Source of the DNA: an uncultured Planctomycetaceae bacterium
Lineage (GTDB): Bacteria > Planctomycetota > Planctomycetia > Planctomycetales > Planctomycetaceae
Reading direction: 5' to 3'
Length of the DNA: 64,000 nucleotides
Assembly (NCBI GenBank): GCA_963976765.1
Contig: CAXBME010000001.1
Location: 62,001 to 126,000, forward strand
The notes under the pieces are model-generated. The model ran no database searches. It had not been told where the DNA came from and saw only the letters and a program-made list of their open reading frames with translations. The position numbers were made by a program, and so were the translations under genes. Shown piece after piece: positions 39,497-47,456 of this stretch. Position 1 is the stretch's first letter, and the number at the start of each line of letters is the position of its first letter.

Positions 39497-41026
39497 CTAC
39501 TTTTCGTCTGCTGCTTCCTTCGGGGAAGGCGGCTCGGTGGAGGCGGGTGATTTCTCTGTCGAAGGGGGGGCGGCAGGTTCAGGCAGTTCAGTAGGCGATT
39601 TGCTGCTGGAGATGCTTCCGAAGATTTCCTGCTCGATCTGGTCGATTTGGAAAGCGGCTGCCGGACCACCGACTTTGCGAGCATCGGCGATCGCCTGTCG
39701 GCCTTCTTCGACTCGATCGAGCCGATGCAGGAAGTCGGCGCGGGCAATCATAAACTGCATGGTCAACTGGTCGTTGTCTTTGAACTGAACGATGGCATCG
39801 TTGGCGATGGTCAGCGCATCTTTCTGGCGATCTGCCTGATTGAGAATTCGAAGAAGGGACATGAACAGGTTTGCCCGGTAATCGCTGTCGAGCGACTCAC
39901 TTTTCAAGGCGGTTGTGGCGACTGCCAGAACCTCGTCGATTCTGTCGAAGTAGTTCAGCACGTTGATCTGAAACATCGTGATGACATAATCGCGACGTGG
40001 GTCATTGCCAAACTCTTTGGCGACTTTGGCGATGTCAGCGAGAATTGCGTCCGGGTTTTCCGTGTCGGGAATCTGCTTTTCGATGGCCTGTACGCGCACC
40101 ATAAACTGGTGATTGGCGAGTCTTTCTTCGTACTGGCTGCGGAGTTCCGCGGTGTTGTCGGCGTCGAGTTTAATGATCTGTTCGACGACCGTTTCGTAAG
40201 CCGGAAACAGCAGATCCGGGGGCAGGTTGCTTAACGCGTCATCGAGTTTCTTTGCTTTTTCCGGGCCTTGCAGTTTCTCCGCGGCGGTAAGGGCGGTGTC
40301 CCGGTCGATGCGGGCCAGTCGAAATTCTTCAAGGTGAGGGTTGTACGCTGCGGCGCCTCCCGGTTGGTATCCGGTCTGGGCAAACGGACGCCCCAGCCTG
40401 TCGAACAGCATGATCGTTGGGAATCCCTGAAACTCGTACGTGTCGGCAAGTTCCTGATGCTGTGGGTCGATCGCTTCAGGCTGACCGAGTGGGCTCATGG
40501 GAAAGTCGGCTTCCACCAGGATGAACTGCTTCTTTGCATACTTGGCGAATTCCGGCTGACTGAAAACTTCCTGCCCAAGTCGAATGCACCAGGAGCACCA
40601 GTCGCTTCCGGTGAAGTTGACGAGGATATCCTTATTCTCTTTCTGGGCTTTCGCCTTAGCGACTTCGAAGCTGGTGATCCATTCTTCACGCCATGATTCA
40701 TCGACTGGTGCTGGCTCCGGCAACTGAAGTGGGTCGAGGCCCGACGGACCGCCAGGACCGGGGATCTTCAGGTCGGCGAGACCTGGTGGCTGATCAGCCT
40801 TTGGTGGAGCGTTGCTGAAATCGGGTTCGTCCGAGAAAGCCGGCATGTCGTCTGTTGTGGCGGTCTGTTGATTGTCCGAACTTGAGGCAACACTGACTGG
40901 CGGTGCCGGAGCAACAGTTGTCGTTTCCTCGACGTTACTGGAATCACCGCAGCCTGCGAGTGCGAACATTGCCAGTGAGACTGCGCAAAGCATCGCGCGC
41001 GAAATGGAGCTGGAGGAGGATTTCAT
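39497..41026 (-). CDS. Thioredoxin-fold lipoprotein with helical-repeat C-terminus
   Basis: Lipobox ALAGC, Pro-rich linker, NFTGSDWCSWC, GFPT, then TPR-like helices. Confidence 0.85.
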   Translation of the reverse strand: MKSSSSSISRAMLCAVSLAMFALAGCGDSSNVEETTTVAPAPPVSVASSSDNQQTATTDDMPAFSDEPDFSNAPPKADQPPGLADLKIPGPGGPSGLDPLQLPEPAPVDESWREEWITSFEVAKAKAQKENKDILVNFTGSDWCSWCIRLGQEVFSQPEFAKYAKKQFILVEADFPMSPLGQPEAIDPQHQELADTYEFQGFPTIMLFDRLGRPFAQTGYQPGGAAAYNPHLEEFRLARIDRDTALTAAEKLQGPEKAKKLDDALSNLPPDLLFPAYETVVEQIIKLDADNTAELRSQYEERLANHQFMVRVQAIEKQIPDTENPDAILADIAKVAKEFGNDPRRDYVITMFQINVLNYFDRIDEVLAVATTALKSESLDSDYRANLFMSLLRILNQADRQKDALTIANDAIVQFKDNDQLTMQFMIARADFLHRLDRVEEGRQAIADARKVGGPAAAFQIDQIEQEIFGSISSSKSPTELPEPAAPPSTEKSPASTEPPSPKEAADEK

Positions 41027-41180
41027 GAGCGATCTCTGTCAGGTGGGTGGGGCTTCGGCCAGAGCTTACGTTTCGGCGAAGCGAAGTAGGGGAAGGTTTC
41101 GTTTCAACGCATCATTAACGCTGATTGCGCCGAGCATCGTCGGTGGCTGGTTTCACAGTTCAGCAAATCCTGGCAGCGAT

Positions 41181-42290
41181 TCAACGATTCAGCAATGCGA
41201 CGATGCCTGCCGCGACAGCCACAACGGCGACGGTGCATAGAATCTTGACCCAGCTCCAGGGACGCTCGCCCTGAACCTCGCCCGTCGCGGCATTGACCAT
41301 CACCTGGTACGCCTTGCCGTTATATCGGTACGCGAGCAACCAGACCGGCAGCAGTAGATGCTTGAAAGTAACTGCACTGTACTGAGTTTTACAGGAATGA
41401 ACCCGCTGTTCGTCGCCGCCGATCCGACGTCGGGCTTCAGCATGGACTGCGGCTTCCATCTGGTCACGGGCCTGGCCGAAACCGGGTTCGAGTTCTAACT
41501 CGTAGGTTCTCGCGTAGAACCCTGCGAGAATCTGCTGAGTAAACGGCACACATTTTTCCAGCGGCCACGGCGCCAGTTTGTCCATAAGTTGTCGGGGAAG
41601 ACTTTCGGCAGCAAGGACCAGAATGTCGTCAAAGAAACGGTCGAACGATCCCGACGCCGGCCACCATCGAGTACGTCGAACCCGCTTTTCTTCGTCGCCG
41701 TCTTTCACCGTTTCGTAGTAGTGCTCGCCGCGCTCGCCGGAGTACCTCGTGAAGGTCATTGAATCGAACGTCCAGAACGGTGTGTAGACGCCATTGAATT
41801 TTCCCTGGACTCCGCGCTGCTTGAACTCGTTCGGCGCGAACCAGCGGGATTCGACCCACGCTTTCAGATTATTTGAGGCGGCCTTCTTCTCGATCAGAAA
41901 CGGAAGCACGCCGTCAACCGGGACGCGGTGCTCTGCATCGTGGACATGTTCAAGCTGAATCGGCGATGCGCAGAACGGGCACTCGGTACTGGTTAGTGAT
42001 CCCTGAAACTGGACAGTGCCGCCGCACGAGTCGCAACTGATTTCACTCTGGCCAGCCTCGTTATGCCTATCCTTGTCGTGATGCTCGCGCATCCTGACGA
42101 GCATCGTGTGAAAGTCCTGCTCGGCAACGGTCGCATCTTCGGCAAACTCAAGTTGCTTCTCGAATCCGCAGTACGGGCATTTCAAATCCTGCTGCCCGAT
42201 GTGGAACTCAAGGTCCGAGCCACAGCCTTCACAAGGAAAGACTCGCGCTTTGCCATTGTCAGCCTGGTCGCCGGGTTTTTCATCTGACAT
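41181..42290 (-). CDS. Multi-zinc-ribbon membrane protein (YdjG-like)
   Basis: Four CxxC motifs (CEGC, CPYC, CDSC, CPFC), GVYTPFWTFD, LLLPVW, VNAATGEVQGERP, C-terminal TM. The upstream extension of the ORF overlaps the SPFH gene and is taken as spurious. Confidence 0.8.
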   Translation of the reverse strand: MSDEKPGDQADNGKARVFPCEGCGSDLEFHIGQQDLKCPYCGFEKQLEFAEDATVAEQDFHTMLVRMREHHDKDRHNEAGQSEISCDSCGGTVQFQGSLTSTECPFCASPIQLEHVHDAEHRVPVDGVLPFLIEKKAASNNLKAWVESRWFAPNEFKQRGVQGKFNGVYTPFWTFDSMTFTRYSGERGEHYYETVKDGDEEKRVRRTRWWPASGSFDRFFDDILVLAAESLPRQLMDKLAPWPLEKCVPFTQQILAGFYARTYELELEPGFGQARDQMEAAVHAEARRRIGGDEQRVHSCKTQYSAVTFKHLLLPVWLLAYRYNGKAYQVMVNAATGEVQGERPWSWVKILCTVAVVAVAAGIVALLNR

Positions 42291-42320
42291 AAAGCTTGTC
42301 ACTAAATCAGAACTGGCGTG

Positions 42321-42363
42321 AAAAAGAAAAGCCGCCCTCCCGCCGGAAGCGTGAAGAGGCGGC
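42321..42363 (-). terminator. Possible intrinsic terminator between the SPFH and zinc-ribbon genes
   Basis: Minus strand gccgcc...ggcggc imperfect hairpin followed by ttttcttttt. Confidence 0.5.
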
Positions 42364-42426
42364 GAATGCGTGCTCGTGGTTAAACGAATCGAACGGTCGT
42401 GTTCACAACAGCGGTTACGTCGTGTC

Positions 42427-43560
42427 TTATCCGATTGGCGGCGGTGGTGGAGGCGGTGTCTGGGCGAAGGCGGCGGCGAGCTGAGGGACTTCGCGGGCGG
42501 CTTTCCAGCCGTCCATGCCGGCGGTCCAGACGAGCGTCGTCGGGCTGACCTGTCCGGAGCTGACGCCTTGAGCAATCTGTTGTGGAGTGAATGGCCCCTG
42601 GGTCTGACCATCGACCGCGACGTGAAACGTCTGTTGAGGTGGCGGCGGTGGAGGAGCTGCATGACCGGGCGCTGGTGCCATTCCGCCTCCGGCCATCGGG
42701 TTGCCGGCTCCGCCCATAAAGCGGTTAGCCATTGCGAAACCCATTCCCAAGCCCATGCCGTCGGATGCTCCGCCGCCACCTTCATTCTCCGCGGCGGCCT
42801 GCATGGCGTTGCCCATCTGGTAGGCCTGAAACTTGTTCATGTCGCCGATGACGCCCATGCTCGTTCGAGTGTCGAGTGCTTTCTCGACAGCCTCGGGCAA
42901 CGACACGTTGACGATCATCATGTTTGTGACTTCGAGGCCGTACTCGTCGTCGATTCGCTCGTTGACGACAGCTTTCAGGCTGTCGCCCATTTCGGTGTAG
43001 CGAGCAGCCAGGTCCAACGCGGCAACCTTCTGCTCACCGAGCATGTCTGCGAAGGACGAGTTGATGATGCCACGCAGAAGCTCAGTGACTTCGTCAGCGT
43101 CGAATTCGCTGTCGGTTCCGACGAGTTCTTTCAGTAGGATCTTTGGATCGATGGCTTTCAGAGTGTACGTGCCGAAAGCTCGCAGGCGGATTGGGCCGAA
43201 GTCCGCGTCGCGCATCATGATCGGGTTCGGTGTACCCCACTTCAGATCTGTGATCTGCGATGTTCGAACGAAGTAGACTTCTGCTTTGAACGGGCTGTCG
43301 AAACCGTGCTTCCATCCCGCCAGCGTACTGAAGACTGGCAGGTTGTCGGTGCGAAGTTCGTAGTGGCCAGGCTCGAAGACATCGGCCAACTCGCCGCGAT
43401 GAACAAAGACCGCCAGCTGACCTGGACGGACAATTAACTGTGCGCCGTTTTTGATCTGATTGTGATACCTCGGGAATCGCCAGACGAGTGTGTGCTGTGA
43501 GTCGTCGACCCACTCAATAATGTCAACAAGTTCGCCGCGAAGCTTATCGAACAGTCCCAT
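42427..43560 (-). CDS. SPFH/band-7 domain protein (YdjI-like) with C-terminal GYF_2 domain
   Basis: DIIEW, IKNGAQLIVRPGQ, SPFKAEVYF, KWGTPNPI, LRAFGTY; C-terminal GQTQGPF...TLVWTAGMDGW between poly-Pro tracts; AGGAG RBS. Confidence 0.9.
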   Translation of the reverse strand: MGLFDKLRGELVDIIEWVDDSQHTLVWRFPRYHNQIKNGAQLIVRPGQLAVFVHRGELADVFEPGHYELRTDNLPVFSTLAGWKHGFDSPFKAEVYFVRTSQITDLKWGTPNPIMMRDADFGPIRLRAFGTYTLKAIDPKILLKELVGTDSEFDADEVTELLRGIINSSFADMLGEQKVAALDLAARYTEMGDSLKAVVNERIDDEYGLEVTNMMIVNVSLPEAVEKALDTRTSMGVIGDMNKFQAYQMGNAMQAAAENEGGGGASDGMGLGMGFAMANRFMGGAGNPMAGGGMAPAPGHAAPPPPPPQQTFHVAVDGQTQGPFTPQQIAQGVSSGQVSPTTLVWTAGMDGWKAAREVPQLAAAFAQTPPPPPPPIG

Positions 43561-43937
43561 CTGCGATTCTCCTGAGTGTTCTGTGGTTGGCCGGCCAGCC
43601 AGGGCATTTGAGGCGTTTAAATTGCGTGAGTTGAATGAAGCGGCCAATGAATCAATCGCCACTTTGGAAGGCTAGCACCTGGGTTGGCGGAACTCCAGAA
43701 CGCCAGCGTCGACGCTCAACGAGCTTCCGCACAGATGGATCATTCGGGCCTTACGCGAGATCGTCGCAATGTGGGGATCCTGCCCAGGCGATTGTTGGAT
43801 GCTCAGTCGTCCCTTGTTACCTGATGCCCGAAACCGTCCAGGCTCACGTATGCTGCTTCGACGGGTTCGTCGTTTTTTTCTGCAAAGTCAGTATATCCAC
43901 TTGAGTTTGTCTATCTCGAAGTTAGTATCCGTCTCGC

Positions 43938-43995
43938 GTGGGTAACTCGCCCAATTGATCTTTCTCAATCTGATTGAAAGTGGGTTTTGAGCCCA
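43938..43995. promoter_or_regulatory. Two GTGGG-N7-CCCA inverted motifs, 42 bp apart, flanking a TCAATC-T-GATTGA palindrome upstream of mraZ
   Basis: gtgggtaactcgccca (43938-53), tcaatctgattga (43965-77), gtgggttttgagccca (43980-95). Confidence 0.45.
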
Positions 43996-44054
43996 GTAGG
44001 ATGACTGGCTCTTTGTCGAATCCGGCACAGAGCTGTCTGAAAGTTGGACTCTAA

Positions 44055-44540
44055 ATGTCGACACCTGACACCTTCATCCAGGGCGAAGTGAAGCGATCGA
44101 TTGACGATCGTTTTCGAATCACACTTCCTCCGGAGATGGCTCAGGCTGTGACCGATGAATCCGGGCAGACCATCATTACGAAGGAGCGCTACGGGTGCTT
44201 GAGTCTCTGGCGAGCTGACGAATGGCGATCCCGGTTGGACCGAGGTGTCGGAGTAATTCGCAGCAAGATTGATGCGGGAGCGATGGAGCAGCGCTGGAGT
44301 GATGTCCAGCGATTGGGTCGTCTTCTTTCGACTCGGTCGCGAGAAGTGCAGATTGCTAATCGTTCGCGAATCCTGATTCCTGAAGGCTTTCGCGAATTCC
44401 TTGACGTCACTGCTGGCGGCGAGGTGATGATTGTTGGGGCCGGAATTTGCATCGAGATCTGGAATCCAGCAGCGTGGCTCGAAACCCTCCGTGAAGATAT
44501 GCCGGAATTTGGAAGCATGTTCAAGGAGCTGGTCGTTTAA
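44055..44540 (+). CDS. mraZ: MraZ family transcriptional regulator (orphan)
   Basis: Duplicated AbrB/SpoVT fold: [10 protein letters not shown] and [26 protein letters not shown]. Confidence 0.85.
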   Translation: MSTPDTFIQGEVKRSIDDRFRITLPPEMAQAVTDESGQTIITKERYGCLSLWRADEWRSRLDRGVGVIRSKIDAGAMEQRWSDVQRLGRLLSTRSREVQIANRSRILIPEGFREFLDVTAGGEVMIVGAGICIEIWNPAAWLETLREDMPEFGSMFKELVV

Positions 44541-45111
44541 AGCAGTGAAGCGGGCTGAACGAGGGATCGTTTGCGATCAGCCAGGGGGCAACCGTCGCCA
44601 GGGAAGGCGGTTTTCTAATTTCTTTCGCCGGAATTGCTCGACGCAAGTTTCGATTGTCGAGTCGAGCCGCGAAGCAGTCACACTTTCAATCATCAACCGG
44701 CCACCTTTGCTGGCCCGCTCTGCCCATGGTGTTGAGGAATCACTCACTCGTGCCCTCGATCCCGACCGCCTCCTCACGTTGATCCGGCACCACCACCCAC
44801 GGATTAACCAGGGAATACATCACCGGCAGGCGGGCCAGCTTTTTGTGCTACGTGTGTTCGGTCAGGCTTTAATCGTCGCTTGTTGCCAGGACGCAGGGAG
44901 CGGGGCATTTGCCACAAGGCTCTTGTGCCGTATGAAAACGTCCGATCCGGGATTGAGAACTACTCAGGTCCACGTTGCCGTATGCCCCGGAACTCATGCG
45001 GGCGCACTCAAGTTAGCGTTCGTGGTGGTATGATGGGTTGAGTTAAAATCGGTCGGAAACTGAAAACTCGTTGCTGCAACGAGTTTCAAAATGTTGTAAA
45101 GGATTAGTCTG

Positions 45112-46645
45112 GTGTTCTCGCGGACGTCAGGCAGGATAATCCTTCACGGTGTCCTTCGATCTGGGCTTGGCAAATACTCCGATGAATCTCCAGGCTTCGG
45201 TCCATTGGGTATGAGTTACGGAGTCGGATCCTGTGGTCCGAAAATCGGGGTCCACTTCACTCTGATATGCAGGCTGCTCGATCGGACCTTGCAGCGTTGA
45301 GGTCGACTGTTGTTAGTGAGTTAACGCTGTACCCCACGCTCGCAAAAGGCATGCGAACCCCATTTGATCTATGGCGGTATTACGGTCGCGGCGTATCGTC
45401 GTTTCCTCACCCATCCTCCCGATGCGTTTCGAGCAGTGGCTTGAGTTTCACCGCAAACAGAAGCCATCGCTGATGCGGGATATCCGCACTTATATGTCGC
45501 TACGTTTCGACTTCTCCGGCAGTGCATTGCCGGAGGCGACCATGTCTGGCGGTAAAAGCGTGATGGCCGGGCCAGTTGCCAGATTGTCCAATGACGTTGC
45601 ATCTTACGAAGCATTGGCGGAATTGACGCCAGCGGAAGTTCGCGAGCGTGACTTGTTTCCGTACAAGCCGCTGGCTCATCCTTTGCAGACTGTTGCTCAC
45701 ATGGTTTTTCCGGAGTCGTGGATCAAAGTGCATCCAGAGCACCGGCGCATCGACGTCGATATGGATTTTCCAGACGCATACCTCTGCTCGAATTTCCGCC
45801 ACCATTGTTTCTCACAACCCACAAGGAGCTCGGCGATGTTGCGAATTGACGTGAAGTCACGATCGACAACTACTACGAGATCTTTGACGGGTTACTAACG
45901 CCTGAGCAAATGGAAGGATTGAAGGAACTGTTGCGTCCGTCTCCGACGACCTCGTTTAATCATACCGACCACCGTGTCACAGAATTGCCATCGTGCGGTG
46001 TTGCCTGTTTTGATTGTCATGTTAATGGGCACACGAATGGCGCCTTCCAACTCGGACCGGACTCGCGGCCCAACATGGCTCGGCTGCGAACTGACACTCC
46101 GACGATGCGAGGCGATTTCAACCTAATGCAACTTTCATCCAAGCGGTCGATACGCAGCATGGATCATTTCTCGGAAGTTGAGGAGTACTTCGACGGTGAT
46201 CCGGGAATGCAGCAGGCGATTGGTCCACGAGCAGCCAAGCGTGAAGTGACCAACTCGAATGGGCGACTTCAATGCGATTCTCGATTACCCGCCAGCACCG
46301 AAGCTTGATCCACTGATGCGTCTGGTTCCTGGAAAATCCACGGAAGCTGAACTGCGGGGCGAAGCTCTATTTCACGGGAAGGCACAATGTTCAAAGTGCC
46401 ATTCCGGCCCGGCGTTCGTCGATGACTACATGCACGATTTGCAGGTTGAGCGGTTTTATGCAGGTCGCCCGGAAGGGCCAATTAAAACGTTCCCGCTACG
46501 CGGCGTCAAAGACTCCCCGCCGTATTTGCACGACGGTCGTTGCCCGACGCTGCACGATACCGTCGAGTTTTTCAATCTGGTCCTTCAGCTTAAATTGGCC
46601 GAGCAGGAAAAGGACGATCTGGTCGCCTGCATGCTGTGCCTCTGA
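45112..46645 (+). pseudogene. Disrupted di-heme cytochrome c (peroxidase/MauG-like) gene
   Basis: Heme motifs CFDCH and CSKCH plus KTFPLRGVKDSPPYLHDG are split over several frames; frameshifts near 45400, 45785 and 46257, and an in-frame TGA at 45847-49 inside EFPPPLFLTTHKELGDVAN*REVTIDNYYE. The 5' boundary is uncertain. Confidence 0.8.
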
Positions 46646-46840
46646 CGCATCGAACTGCGGGCTCTCAGGTACTCTGATTTCGACAGGAAAAGCCGCATTC
46701 GCAAGACTCGAACCAAAGCTCAAGTCCGACCTGCAGCCGATGTCGTTCCAGCAGCGAGACATCGTATGAGCGGTTCACGGTTGGACGAGGTCGTGCGCGT
46801 GGCGGTATCATGAGGACGCTCATTGTTCAGGAGTCGCCTC

Positions 46841-47425
46841 ATGTCAGCTGTCTCGGAAAGCCGCTTCACGCTGGAAGAGTATCTCTCGCGAGAGCGCGTT
46901 GTCGAATACAAAAGCGAATTCTATCAGGGTGAGATCTTCGCCATGACCGGCGGTTCGCCCACGCGCAATCTCATAAGCTTCAATATTGCGTCGCGGTTGC
47001 GAGCCAGCTTGCGTGGGCCTGGTCCCAGACCATTCAGTAGCGATCAGCGGGGCAGGTACCGGCCAATGGCCTGTCACTTACCCGGTATCGCCGTCGTTTG
47101 TGGTGAGCGTCGGCTTGACGACAAGGGTCAGGACGCTATCACGAATCCGGTCGTCATTTTTGAAGTCTTTTCGAAATCGACCGAATGGTACGACCGGGGC
47201 AAGAACTTTGATCTGTACCGCGAACTTCAGTCGCTTCTGGAATATGTCCTGGTTTCACAGTCGGAAGCTCAGGTTGAGCGGTTCGTGCGACAGAATGATG
47301 GAGACTGGCTGCTCACTGTTTTGAAGGGGCCAGACGCAACTCTTAAATTTGCATCGTTTGAGGTTTCCCTGACGTTGTCTGAAATCTACGAGGACGTCGA
47401 ATTTCAGCCGGAAGAAGTCGAGTAG
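46841..47425 (+). CDS. Uma2 family protein, probably degenerate (catalytic YPD region scrambled)
   Basis: LEEYL..E....KSEFYQGEIFAMTGGS, NPVVIFEVFSKST..YDRG, LLEYVLVSQ; the expected TYPD segment is out of frame at 47050-47090. Confidence 0.75.
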   Translation: MSAVSESRFTLEEYLSRERVVEYKSEFYQGEIFAMTGGSPTRNLISFNIASRLRASLRGPGPRPFSSDQRGRYRPMACHLPGIAVVCGERRLDDKGQDAITNPVVIFEVFSKSTEWYDRGKNFDLYRELQSLLEYVLVSQSEAQVERFVRQNDGDWLLTVLKGPDATLKFASFEVSLTLSEIYEDVEFQPEEVE

Positions 47426-47456
47426 CCGTCAAGGCGTTCGAGTTGGGTGTTAAGGT

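Noticed and set aside
42291..42785. N-terminal extension of the 534-aa ORF as an overlapping gene
   Set aside because: It is an alternate frame of the SPFH gene tail and crosses a likely terminator; the real protein starts at MSDEKPG (42290).
45847..45849. Selenocysteine or readthrough TGA in the cytochrome gene
   Set aside because: The gene has several independent frameshifts; a nonsense mutation is the simpler explanation.
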